A DNA stretch of 64,000 nt from an uncultured Gammaproteobacteria bacterium (lineage in GTDB: Bacteria > Pseudomonadota > Gammaproteobacteria > JAURND01). A program made the position numbers and the translations under genes. Location of the stretch: assembly GCA_963714975.1 (NCBI GenBank), contig CAVQQD010000003.1, positions 96,001-160,000 on the forward strand. Reading direction: 5' to 3'. Under the pieces are notes generated by a model. The model worked only from the letters and a program-made list of their open reading frames with translations, searched no databases and had not been told where the DNA came from. This document shows, piece after piece, positions 9,701-20,666 of this stretch. Every line of letters begins with the position of its first letter. Position 1 is the stretch's first letter.

Positions 9701-12700
9701 TAGCGTACCTGTTGAGTACAGTATTGGCGCAAGATGAGGGTGATTTCGCCGTTTATTCCCGGGTAAGAAATCAGTTACAACCATGGACGACAAAAGATCC
9801 CAAGACTGTTGGCGATGTCTTGCTTGAGTTAGAAAAATTTAATCCTCAGCCCATGGGGCGAGATGCTGGATATGCAGCGAAATTATTATCCATTTGGTTC
9901 AAAGGCGAGGACTCGGTTTGTGAGGCGATGAGGGCAAAAGATGCTACTAGTTTTAGAAAAATTAGGGCAGAAGCGATCGAAGTAGCAAATCAACGAGATG
10001 ACTCCGTGCAGTTAAATAAATTCGTTAATCTGCTCACTCAGGAGCAACCATCTGAGGCTGCAAAATTAATAGTGCAACTAAGTCAACGAGATGTTGCATT
10101 GGCGGCAAAATTGTTTCTCCAGTTAACCTATAAACCGGGTGTAGATATTCTTTCCGAATCAGGAATAATTGGTTCATTGCGTAAGGAAGCTGGGGAACAA
10201 TATCCAAAAATTAAGCAGCAAAGTATCGAGCAATATCGACAGACTGTGAGAGAAAGTAAAGATAGGGTTGAGGAATTGGGAGTTACTCCTACCTGGCTAT
10301 TACCCCAGGCTGCAGAATTTTTCCCAGAAGAGGTTGATGCACCTTTGAGAGTACAGCTGAGAGCACAGTTCCCTCGTGCGTATTATAAAATTCACTTGCA
10401 TTTTATCTGTACTCTCTCGGATTCGGGAATGAAGGAGGAAATCAATAAAGTTCTGAAAGATGCGAATAACCCTTATGTCCATGAGGCATTGCGGGAGTTG
10501 ATCAAATTCTTCCCCCAACGAGCAGCTTCCTTGATCCACGCTGCTTTACAGGATAAGCAGGCACGTGGTGATAATTTTCCAAGAATTCTTTCCGTGCTGC
10601 AGGAACTTTGTCAGGAACCTGAGGGCAATACCCAAGTAGCTAAGTTGCTGCTCAAATTGGGTTATTCTGTTAATGATGCAAGTTATCCTGCCGCCTTTTT
10701 GGCGCATTGGGGAGAGGGAAGTGAGGGGGTACGTAACGCAATAAAGACGCAAGATCCTGCTGCAAGTCAAATCATTACTCAGCGGGCGAAGAGCAGTTTT
10801 GCCTATGCTATCCGAGAAACAAAAGCAGTTACTGTGGAATTTTTAGGTGAGGCACATAGTGATTTTGTCCCCAAAGTAGCTGATTTTGTGCAAACTCATG
10901 CTGATATGCGAGATTCTTTGCACCAACGCTATCCACAGCGTTTTCCTGCAGTAGAATTGTATCGATTAAGTAAGACGCAATGGACCGATTCGACTGAGAT
11001 TGAGTCTTTACATACTTTATTTCCGACGGAAGAAAAAAATATTACGGGCTCTAGTCATCCTGATTTATTTCCGACGGAAGAAAAAGACACTACGGGCTCT
11101 ACTGATGCAGCAACTGCTTTAATTTTCTTGGCAAAACATCATCCTAAGCAAGCAGAAGCTTTAATCTCCCGGCTAAGTTATAGTACCAACGACCTAGCTA
11201 AGCCTATCATGCAGAAGATTCTGACTCGTGTGGGTCAACAGGACTTAAGAGTTTTACAGCAATTAAAGAACTATGTTCCAGCGGAAAAGAGAAGTTATTT
11301 TGGCGTTACAGCTTATAAACTAGAATTGTCTCAGCTGCCTCGTGCCAGTTATCCTCCAGACGAGGCTCCCGGCTTCCCTCAAAGCAATGAAGAATTTAAC
11401 CAGGCATTGGCAGAGCTAATCAAGGAGAATCCAAAGGAAGCTATCAGTGTATGCAAACTTGCCATGAGAGTTGAGCCTCCCCAGGTTAACGAAAATTCAC
11501 CGATCTTAGTTGCTGCTTTAAAAGAACTGTCACGGCAAGTGCAAGGTGAAACGCTTGTCGCCAAATTTTTGGTAGCTTATCAAGATCAGGTAAGCGGACG
11601 TAATTATGAAAAAACCGCAACATTTTTGGCTCTTTGGGGCGAGGGTAATGAGCGTATTCGTGCCGCCATTAGAATAGAAGATGCTTACGCTTATCAAGCC
11701 ATATTGGAAGAAGAGCCGGAAAGACTGCAGAGAATACTTTCGGAAGGTACAGATGAATCTAACTTCGATTCCCAAGTTTCGCTGCTAGGTTCCACGAATA
11801 TAGTGCATTTGCCATTTGTGGTTGATGCGCTGATGGAAGGTATAAACAAACCAATCTACAGAGAAATGTACCACGCTGGTTCTAGTAATGTCCCTAAAGA
11901 TTTAGCTGAACAAGAACTAAACGCATTGAAAGAGGACTATCCGCAACGTTGTATTGAAGTCATCTTGTATAGTCTTGCTGTGTGTAAAAGTAAAACAGAT
12001 TCTCCAGCTAAAAATGCCCATACGTTCCTGAAACAGTTCGATATGCCAGAACATAAAGATTTCTCTACAAGCGAAAACAATCCAGCTGTTGACCCGGTAA
12101 GTGCCGCGATAGCTAACCTCACTCTGTATTACCCTGAGGAGATGCTGAAGTTGGTGAAGCAAAGAAGCCTCATATCCGAGGACCCGATATTGCTGAATTT
12201 AATAATCAAAGGTCCCAGAGAAGTAGGTGCATTAGTTAATAAAATTTTTTTAGAGGAAGACCAGCCCCGTAGACACAAAAATTTATTACACTTGACGGGG
12301 ATATTGAGAAACTTAGTGCAGCAATCGCCGGAAAACGCTCGACCTGTAGCTATTTTCTTACTGAACCTAGAGATAAAGAGTTCAAATGCGGCGACGATTT
12401 TGACCTACTGGGGAAGAAGCAGCCAAAAAGTTTGGAAATTTTTACAAGAACAAAATCCCCATTTATATGAAGTAATTCAGAAAAAACATGAAGAACTTTG
12501 GAAACAACATGAACAAAGGATATTCAAAAAGTTAGAGACAATGGAACCAGAGCAAGCAGGAGTTTTTAGTGGGGAATTTTTGGATAAAGCATCTATTGAG
12601 TTTTTACCTCAAGCGGCTGCTTGTGTGCAAAGGGATGCAACTTTGAAAGATGATTTGCGAATATACTATCCGCAACGCTATGCTGAAATAGAATTGTATC

Positions 12701-13179
12701 GATTAAGTCAGAAAAACTTAAGTGATCCGGGTGCAATCGAGCACTTAGATGCTTTATTTCCGGCGGAAATAAAGCATACCCAAGATATCCTTTGTTCTAA
12801 TAATGCAGCAGCTGCTTTAATCGCTATTCAAAAACACTATCCCAAGCAAGCGGAAGATTTAATAGTTCGACTAAGCCATAGCACCCAGCACCTGGCTAAG
12901 CCTATCATGCAGAATATTTTGGAAAGTGTGGCTCAACGGGATTCAGGAGTTTTACAGCAACTAAAGAACTATATTCCAGCGGAAAAAAGGAAGGATTTTG
13001 ATTTGCAATCCGCACCACAGGGAGCATTTACACACTTCGGGGCCCGATCGCCTAACGAGACACCGTCGTCTCAGGTTCTTATTGATCGGAGGCAGTCGTC
13101 TATAGACGGTAACGATAGAAAGCCGCGAAGTAACAAAATCAATGTTTCTTATACTTCTTTCGATATAGTAATTCGGTAA
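6703..13179 (+). CDS. 2158-aa orphan helical-repeat protein with a hydrophobic hairpin; candidate secreted effector
   Basis: Long open ORF with no recognisable family motif, two hydrophobic segments near aa 550-610, recurring F/L-L-x-x-W-G repeats and a ~140-aa internal duplication. Confidence 0.8.
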   Translation: MGTQTTEVQLTEWKKQLSALEKMIDADGNLLDPAAVNTFKEQGRAFLNLWTDLNGQSKESEQLMQKEGGWATLSICRYWAEYVKHEYAGANDKEPWKQTCVFFRDWFEYVGHTDQNDQTYLKAKEAVDTATDAMGLPKSESTVSETTSFTSPSNSLPFEKKNLTHEEFPDPNQETKKTRPKTVLEELAAFSLQLAKLETLVNERKSVANFDQVFSEQWEVFTAEYRQWQMSPREKETLLESKPQREDLENRANKIAPFYYPAQLQAILKEYKEYKAEYKKALEQQSPIPTDFVGRKTELQGRFADIRGDLDTVGKSLGRQFDAPMYTPVRKLCESVEVTLFLNDIDSQGHSVNERKIYHSLTQEVQILENFIDNRGKIPEAQQSEFIQGAKTFLPKINLYRNLWNDKDRPRIVNELIHRVHTIQLHYYMLYMRNISGPPTNTNPEGQKALEAFKECWNQLSQEERNQSKYESVRSFISQRQLFPLEEVKVTEQKKEVEEVKEWKVDVSAQSANPPLSINALRDINKSIEVLEAKEAWSSEAGSASGVLKKVIPTLGFSTLAILALIDPTKTKGTAIGLGTNSVNWVQENPMNTMFFAGVLLLGLLIYRKYSKWNENSNIKSAQKEIATEASWFNLQTPLPTLADTLGELLQQDHQEAKLKEAKQDPREATQYTRKAGDIVRGAAENGVELTKVVSVIQSLALRQGAILAAQALLRLSKAAGDPDKGLEITAEILTNLEYRDKTNWSIRDNLRQLDPKHYAKIRTKCIDKLQAETSSQRVFIPAEFAIRRVKPSYDIPQLLEHAHPSLLPEVVRIVDRIDGGWRQGPFDTNSLYGALHLYELQGSNQAIFNEINAHLSDPHRAGSEALQRLILGCPEQAAHLLGVALGHQQPQNPAPTLLDKIAACLLDVSTRSGVNESVARLLLVLSDSNPVSVTTFLTAWGPKGDSIRAAMQVQDPERSQRIDQRVEEATAKFLATVAPQETLENTFNSLIRSKKSAELAYLLSTVLAQDEGDFAVYSRVRNQLQPWTTKDPKTVGDVLLELEKFNPQPMGRDAGYAAKLLSIWFKGEDSVCEAMRAKDATSFRKIRAEAIEVANQRDDSVQLNKFVNLLTQEQPSEAAKLIVQLSQRDVALAAKLFLQLTYKPGVDILSESGIIGSLRKEAGEQYPKIKQQSIEQYRQTVRESKDRVEELGVTPTWLLPQAAEFFPEEVDAPLRVQLRAQFPRAYYKIHLHFICTLSDSGMKEEINKVLKDANNPYVHEALRELIKFFPQRAASLIHAALQDKQARGDNFPRILSVLQELCQEPEGNTQVAKLLLKLGYSVNDASYPAAFLAHWGEGSEGVRNAIKTQDPAASQIITQRAKSSFAYAIRETKAVTVEFLGEAHSDFVPKVADFVQTHADMRDSLHQRYPQRFPAVELYRLSKTQWTDSTEIESLHTLFPTEEKNITGSSHPDLFPTEEKDTTGSTDAATALIFLAKHHPKQAEALISRLSYSTNDLAKPIMQKILTRVGQQDLRVLQQLKNYVPAEKRSYFGVTAYKLELSQLPRASYPPDEAPGFPQSNEEFNQALAELIKENPKEAISVCKLAMRVEPPQVNENSPILVAALKELSRQVQGETLVAKFLVAYQDQVSGRNYEKTATFLALWGEGNERIRAAIRIEDAYAYQAILEEEPERLQRILSEGTDESNFDSQVSLLGSTNIVHLPFVVDALMEGINKPIYREMYHAGSSNVPKDLAEQELNALKEDYPQRCIEVILYSLAVCKSKTDSPAKNAHTFLKQFDMPEHKDFSTSENNPAVDPVSAAIANLTLYYPEEMLKLVKQRSLISEDPILLNLIIKGPREVGALVNKIFLEEDQPRRHKNLLHLTGILRNLVQQSPENARPVAIFLLNLEIKSSNAATILTYWGRSSQKVWKFLQEQNPHLYEVIQKKHEELWKQHEQRIFKKLETMEPEQAGVFSGEFLDKASIEFLPQAAACVQRDATLKDDLRIYYPQRYAEIELYRLSQKNLSDPGAIEHLDALFPAEIKHTQDILCSNNAAAALIAIQKHYPKQAEDLIVRLSHSTQHLAKPIMQNILESVAQRDSGVLQQLKNYIPAEKRKDFDLQSAPQGAFTHFGARSPNETPSSQVLIDRRQSSIDGNDRKPRSNKINVSYTSFDIVIR

Positions 13180-13311
13180 TCATTCACCAGCTTTGTGCGT
13201 AAAAATTCTTCTCCCCTTGTGGGAGAAGGTGCCGAAGGCGGATGAGGGGTAAACTTGAAATCAGCAAGGAGCATTTTATTAGCTAATGCTAACTGCTGCT
13301 TACCCCTCACC
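13176..13311 (-). mobile_element. Composite MITE-like repeat, partial inverted copy
   Basis: GTAATCATTCACCAGCTTTGTGCGTAAAA followed by REP A and spacer; reverse complement of 6413-6522 and of the 29830-29928 segment. Confidence 0.7.
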
Positions 13312-13338
13312 AGTTTATTTTAATCTAGCAATTGTTTT

Positions 13339-14256
13339 TTATGACAATTTATCTCCGGACAGGTTTCTAATCTCATTTAACGACAAATCCATCAGCCCGG
13401 CAATTTCTTCTAGCGTTAAACCTTTAGCCTGTAACTTGTGTACCAAGGCTTGTTGGGTTTGAAAGCTACCTTCCTCTCGCCCCTTTTCTTGGCCGATCAC
13501 TATGCCTTTCTCTAAACCAATCACTTCCCCCTGTGCCATTCCGCTCCGATGGGCAGCATTTACCAAGGTTTTTTCAATACTAATGGCATCCCAATAGCGA
13601 TCATAGTCTTCCAGTTCAGCCGGTGTATAGGCGGCTTCTTCCGCCAGGTCGAGGGCTAGTTTAATTTCAGGTTCCTCCAGCCAATCGCTAGGGGCTTGGT
13701 TAACTTTTTCATTTAGCTCTGACAAAAAACGCAGCCACAGCACTTTCAGTTTTTTCTCCGGATAATTTTTGGCTTTGAATTTAGGCAGCTCAATAAATAC
13801 TAATTGTAAATCTTTAATCTCAACCACAGGCTTTTGCACATTCACAATTTTATAGTGATGGTACCAATGCTCTTCATCAGGATCGAAGGTCGTGTTAATC
13901 AGACCCAGCCCATACACTGGTCGTAGTAATTCGTAGTCTTCTCCTTTTTCTAATTGCCGTATATAAGCTTTGCTGACGTTAAATAACAGACGTTGTTTAA
14001 AGCTATCCGTCCATTGGATTTGCATTTCCACAATAAACACTCGACCTTGCTCATCAGTACACTTCACATCTACCACAGTGTATTTAAAGGCAGGAATTGT
14101 GGGCACTTGTTCACTAGGTAAGTACTCTAGTCTGTCGATTAACCCTTTTTCAGGCAGCGGCAAGATTGAGTTAAGAAAGCTTTTGAGTAGTTCAGGATGT
14201 TCGCCAAAAATTTTTTTAAAAACAATATCGGTTTTAGGATCTAGGTAGCGTGGCAT
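13339..14256 (-). CDS. Rpn-family PD-(D/E)XK nuclease / putative transposase, copy 1 (305 aa)
   Basis: DPKTDIVFKKIFG, VDVKC...FIVEMQ, FIELPKF, WLRFL, GxxxG repeats and an HTH-like tail. Confidence 0.9.
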   Translation of the reverse strand: MPRYLDPKTDIVFKKIFGEHPELLKSFLNSILPLPEKGLIDRLEYLPSEQVPTIPAFKYTVVDVKCTDEQGRVFIVEMQIQWTDSFKQRLLFNVSKAYIRQLEKGEDYELLRPVYGLGLINTTFDPDEEHWYHHYKIVNVQKPVVEIKDLQLVFIELPKFKAKNYPEKKLKVLWLRFLSELNEKVNQAPSDWLEEPEIKLALDLAEEAAYTPAELEDYDRYWDAISIEKTLVNAAHRSGMAQGEVIGLEKGIVIGQEKGREEGSFQTQQALVHKLQAKGLTLEEIAGLMDLSLNEIRNLSGDKLS

Positions 14257-14271
14257 AGAGTTTCTCCGGTA

Positions 14272-15197
14272 CTAAAGTTTATCTTGAGACAAGTTTCTGA
14301 CCTCATTTAACGACAGATCCATCAACCCGGCAATTTCTTCTAGCGTCAAACCTTTAGCCATTAACGTGTGTACCAAGGCTTGCTGGGTTTTAAAGCTACC
14401 TTCTCCACGCCCCTCCTCTCGCCCTTTTTCTTGGCCGATCACTATGCCTTTCTCTAAACCAATCACTTCCCCCTGTGCCATTCCGCTCCGATGGGCAGCA
14501 TTTACCAAGGTTTTTTCCACACTAACGGCATCCCAATAGCGATCATAGTCTTCCAGTTCGGCTGGTGTATAGGCGGCTTCTTCCGCCAGGTCGAGGGCTA
14601 GTTTAATTTCAGGTTCCTCCAGCCAATCGCTAGGGGCTTGGTTAACATTTCATTTAGCTCTGACAAAAAACGCAGCCACAGCACTTTCAGTTTTTTCTCC
14701 GGATAATTTTTGGCTTTGAATTTAGGCAGCTCAATAAATACTAATTGTAAATCTTTAATCTCAACCACAGGCTTTTGCACATTCACAATTTTATAGTGAT
14801 GGTACCAATGCTCTTCATCAGGATCGAAGGTCGTATTAATCAGACCCAGCCCATACACTGGCCGTAGTAATTCGTAGTCTTCTCCTTTTTCTAATTGACG
14901 TATATAAGCTTTGCTGACGTTAAATAACAGACGTTGTTTAAAGCTATCCGTCCATTGGATTTGCATTTCCACAATAAACACTCGACCTTGCTCATCAGTA
15001 CACTTCACATCTACCACGGTGTATTTAAAGGCAGGAATTGTGGGCACTTGTTCACTAGGTAAGTACTCTAGTCTGTCGATTAAACCTTTTTCAGGCAGCG
15101 GCAAGATTGAGTTAAGAAAGCTTTTGAGTAGTTCAGGATGTTCGCCAAAAATTTTTTTAAAAACAATATCAGTTTTAGGATCTAGGTAGCGTGGCAT
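14272..15197 (-). pseudogene. Rpn-family gene, copy 2, frameshifted near 14646
   Basis: GTTAACATTTCATT versus GTTAACTTTTTCATT in the other copies (net -1). The downstream part is intact in another frame. May be a sequencing error. Confidence 0.75.
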
Positions 15198-15212
15198 AGA
15201 GTTTCTCCGGTA

Positions 15213-16175
15213 CTAAAGTTTATCTTGAGACAGGTTTCTGACCTCATTTAACGACAAATCCATCAGCTCGGCAATTTTTTCTAGCGTCAAACCTTTAGCC
15301 ATTAACTTGTGTACCAAGGCTTGTTGGGTTTGAAAGCTACCTTCCTCTCGCCCCTTTCCTTGGCCGATCACAATACCTTCTCCACGCCCCTCCTCTCGCC
15401 CTTTTTCTTGGCCGATCACTATGCCTTTCTCTAAACCAATCACTTCCCCCTGTGCCATTCCGCTCCGATGGGCAGCATTTACCAAGGTTTTTTCCACACT
15501 AACGGCATCCCAATAGCGATCATAGTCTTCCAGTTCGGCTGGTGTATAGGCGGCTTCTTCCGCTAAATCGAGTGCTAGTTTAATTTCAGGTTCCTCCAGC
15601 CAGTCGCTAGGGGCTTGGTTAACTTTTTCATTTAGCTCTGACAAAAAACGCAGCCACAGCACTTTCAGTTTTTTCTCTGGATAATTTTTGGCTTTGAATT
15701 TAGGCAGCTCAATAAATACTAATTGTAAATCTTTAATCTCAACCACAGGCTTTTGCACATTCACAATTTTATAGTGATGGTACCAATGCTCTTCATCAGG
15801 ATCGAAGGTCGTGTTAATCAGACCCAGCCCATACACTGGTCGTAGTAATTCGTAGTCTTCTCCTTTTTCTAATTGCCGTATATAAGCTTTGCTGACGTTA
15901 AATAACAGACGTTGTTTAAAGCTATCCGTCCATTGGATTTGCATTTCCACAATAAACACTCGACCTTGCTCATCAGTACACTTCACATCTACCACAGTGT
16001 ATTTAAAGGCAGGAATTGTGGGCACTTGTTCACTAGGTAAGTACTCTAGTCTGTCGATTAACCCTTTTTCAGGCAGCGGCAAGATTGAGTTAAGAAAGCT
16101 TTTGAGTAGTTCAGGATGTTCGCCAAAAATTTTTTTAAAAACAATATCAGTTTTAGGATCTAGGTAGCGTGGCAT
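15213..16175 (-). CDS. Rpn-family nuclease, copy 3 (320 aa)
   Basis: Same motifs as copy 1; longest GxxxG tract. Confidence 0.9.
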   Translation of the reverse strand: MPRYLDPKTDIVFKKIFGEHPELLKSFLNSILPLPEKGLIDRLEYLPSEQVPTIPAFKYTVVDVKCTDEQGRVFIVEMQIQWTDSFKQRLLFNVSKAYIRQLEKGEDYELLRPVYGLGLINTTFDPDEEHWYHHYKIVNVQKPVVEIKDLQLVFIELPKFKAKNYPEKKLKVLWLRFLSELNEKVNQAPSDWLEEPEIKLALDLAEEAAYTPAELEDYDRYWDAVSVEKTLVNAAHRSGMAQGEVIGLEKGIVIGQEKGREEGRGEGIVIGQGKGREEGSFQTQQALVHKLMAKGLTLEKIAELMDLSLNEVRNLSQDKL

Positions 16176-16190
16176 AGAGTTTCTCCGGTA

Positions 16191-17093
16191 CTAAAGTTTA
16201 TCTTGAGACAAGTTTCTGACCTCATTTAACGACAAATCCATCAACCCGGCAATTTCTTCTAGCGTCAAACCTTTAGCCATTAACTTGTGTACCAAGGCTT
16301 GCTGGGTTTTAAAGCTACTTTCTTCACGCCCAATTCCTTTGCCTTTTTCCAGGCCAATCACTTCCCCCTCTGCCATTCCGCTCCGATGGGCAGCATTTAC
16401 CAAGGTTTTTTCCACACTAACGGCATCCCAATAGCGATCATAGTCTTCCAGTTCGGCTGGTGTATAGGCGGCTTCTTCAGCCAAATCGAGTGCTAGTTTA
16501 ATTTCAGGTTCCTCCAGCCAATCGCTAGGGGCTTGGTTAACTTTTTCATTTAGCTCTGACAAAAAACGCAGCCACAGCACTTTCAGTTTTTTCTCCGGAT
16601 AATTTTTGGCTTTGAATTTAGGCAGCTCAATAAATACTAATTGTAAATCTTTAATCTCAACCACAGGCTTTTGCACATTCACAATTTTATAGTGATGGTA
16701 CCAATGCTCTTCATCAGGATCGAAGGTCGTGTTAATCAGACCCAGCCCATACACTGGCCGTAGTAATTCGTAGTCTTCTCCTTTTTCTAATTGGCGCACA
16801 TAGGCTTTGCTGACGTTAAATAACAGACGTTGTTTAAAGCTATCCGTCCATTGGAGCTGCATTTCCACGATAAACACTCGACCTTGCTCATCAGTACACT
16901 TCACATCTACCACAGTGTATTTAAAGGCAGGAATTGTGGGCACTTGTTCACTAGGTAAGTACTCTAGTCTGTCGATTAAACCTTTTTCAGGCAGCGGCAA
17001 GATTGAGTTAAGAAAGCTTTTGAGTAGTTCAGGATGTTCGCCAAAAATTTTTTTAAAAACAATATCGGTTTTAGGATCTAGGTAGCGTGGCAT
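16191..17093 (-). CDS. Rpn-family nuclease, copy 4 (300 aa), first in transcription order
   Basis: Start set at MPRYLDPK, preceded by the same CCGGAGAAACTCT RBS as the other copies. Confidence 0.9.
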   Translation of the reverse strand: MPRYLDPKTDIVFKKIFGEHPELLKSFLNSILPLPEKGLIDRLEYLPSEQVPTIPAFKYTVVDVKCTDEQGRVFIVEMQLQWTDSFKQRLLFNVSKAYVRQLEKGEDYELLRPVYGLGLINTTFDPDEEHWYHHYKIVNVQKPVVEIKDLQLVFIELPKFKAKNYPEKKLKVLWLRFLSELNEKVNQAPSDWLEEPEIKLALDLAEEAAYTPAELEDYDRYWDAVSVEKTLVNAAHRSGMAEGEVIGLEKGKGIGREESSFKTQQALVHKLMAKGLTLEEIAGLMDLSLNEVRNLSQDKL

Positions 17094-17279
17094 AGAGTTT
17101 CTCCGGTGATGTAACAACCCAACCATAGCAAAATGCTTTTGACTGAGCAATACAGTATAGTATCCGATACAGAGCAGCCTCATTAAAGTTAAGCTTACTT
17201 GTTTAGGGCTCAGCCATCTCGGTGAACATGCAAATTTCACTGCTGTAGTGTGGGGGGGCGAGGCAAGACGCAGCTGAAG

Positions 17280-17372
17280 GGGTGACGTGGAGGCGGGGAG
17301 ACCCATCGCGCGCCCCGACGGGTGCCGCAGCGGCAGGCCCCGTCGGGGATCAGGGCATCAGCGGGAATTGCT
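17280..17372 (+). repeat. Truncated copy of the ISNCY-type end/MITE
   Basis: Near-identical to 18943-19036; ends AGCGGGAATTGCT. Confidence 0.85.
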
Positions 17373-17379
17373 CTTTGCT

Positions 17380-19037
17380 CAGCAATTCCCGGTGAATTAA
17401 AATCGCCTTAATTTTCGCAGTAGCGAGACTGTGAAATAAATTTTTGTACAATGTGCATTTTCTTGAATGGTATTCCATCCCCTCAGTTTTATAAGGAAAT
17501 GGCACATTGCTAAAAAAACATTTAAATTCAACAGCTTAAGACAAAAAGCGTCAGAAACATTCCAAAAAGTACCTGATTGGCGACAACAGTCTAAGGTCGC
17601 TATTAGCATCCATGATGCTATGCTAAGTGGTTTAGCGTGCATGTACTTCAGGATTCTTCGTTATTACAGTTCAAAAGCGCTTACAGGAAGAACAACATCG
17701 TAATAATCTGACACAGCTGTTTAAGGTGGAGGCGATTCCTAAAGAAAGCCAAATGCGTGAGATCATAGATGAGGTCGACAGTGAGTATTTTCGCCCAATA
17801 TTCAAGACTTCTATTTGCGCTTACAACGAGGTAAACATTTAGAACAATTTCAAATTTTTCCAAGCATGTATTATTTTCCAATAGATGGATCACAATTTTT
17901 TAGTTCTGAAGAAATCAGCTGCGATCAATGCCTGACGAAAGAGCACAGTTCTGGAAAAAAAAGTTATTCCCACCAGGTGCTCCAAGGCGGCATCATGCAT
18001 CCAGACTGTGCCCAAGTAATTCCATTTATGCCAGAGCAAATTGTGAACCTAGATGGTCCAAATAAACAAGATTGTGAAATGAATGCTGCCAAACGATTTA
18101 TAAAAAAGTTACGCGCAAGTTTTCCGCAATTAGGTTTATTGATAGGTGGAGATGCGTTATTTTCTAAACAACCGATTATTGAAGAAACTTTGAGGCATAA
18201 TATGCATTATTATTGCAGCCAAACCTGCTGATCATAAATATATGATGGATTGGCTTGCCGCGTATGATCAATTGCATGAAATAGTATTACTGACGAAAAA
18301 GGAAGACATCATCACTATGAATGGATGAATGATGTTCCATTACACGGCAGTAAAGAAAGTATTCGGGTTAATTATTGCGCTGTACTATCCGCGCTGAAAA
18401 TAAAAAAGGGGAAGATGAAATTGTCTATAAAAACGCCTGGGTTAGTGATATTTGATATCTACACAGAATATAAAGACACTGGTTGCGGCAGGGCGCTGTC
18501 GCTGGAAAAATGAAAATGAGTGCTCAATGTTATGAAGAACCATGGCTACTGTATGGAGCACAATTACGGACATGGTATAAAGCATTAGCGTTCAATTTTA
18601 TTATTGACCTTATTGGCATTCGTTGCATCAAATTTGAATTAACCAACAGAAATCAAGCCTGCAGGAAAAAATTGGGCAGTAAGAAGCATTGGGAACATGT
18701 GGTTACATCAAGATTATTGTTTTTGACACATGGGAATCGCTACTTGAATTTGTGCTTTCTCCTCTCGTATGGTTTATTGCCATTAAGTGATACTGGATAA
18801 TGAAAGATGGTTTTAGAAATATGTACGCTATTCATTGATTGTCATTGATCCGTGTTAATTCAGCCCAAAAACAATAAGAATTGAGAGGAAATCGCAAAAT
18901 CAGGAGTGGGAGTCAACAATTCCGCTCTGAGCCATTGACGACGGGTGACGTGGAGGCGGGGAGACCCATCGCGCGCCCCGACGGGTGCCGCAGCGGCAGG
19001 ACCCCGTCGGGGATCAGGGCATCAGCGGGAATTGCTG
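17380..19037 (+). mobile_element. Degenerate IS (ISNCY, ISDol1-like DDE transposase) with terminal IRs CAGCAATTCCCG / CGGGAATTGCTG
   Basis: Fragments SIHDAMLSGLA, PIDGSQFFSSEEISCDQC, KQDCEMNAAKR and GDALFSKQP are spread over several frames. 12-bp perfect terminal inverted repeat. Family assigned from recalled motifs. Confidence 0.75.
17467..18800 (+). pseudogene. Multiply frameshifted transposase
   Basis: ORF fragments at 17467, 17815 and 18325 carry transposase-like segments, and further remnants continue in other frames to about 18800. Confidence 0.8.
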
Positions 19038-19113
19038 CTTTTTGCTAGGCGGGCTTGCGGTGTCCAAAGAATCAGCTTATACTCCCGCCACTGTATTTGG
19101 AGCGGGAAAAAGT

Positions 19114-20285
<1,172 letters not shown>

Positions 20286-20353
20286 AGGCTGTTACAATTC
20301 TACTATGCTGGCGAATTGTAAGCAGCCTCTGGGTAGCTAATTTAATAACATAG

Positions 20354-20665
<312 letters not shown>

Positions 20666-20666
20666 G

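Noticed and set aside
13970-17085. Four 92-aa antisense ORFs (MLTLNNRR...) as antitoxins
   Set aside because: Their recurrence follows from the duplication itself; they have TTG starts and no independent coding evidence.
13339-17093. Rpn array as a diversity-generating retroelement or shufflon
   Set aside because: No reverse transcriptase or recombinase is nearby, the variation is repeat-number change rather than adenine-specific, and all copies are full genes in one orientation.
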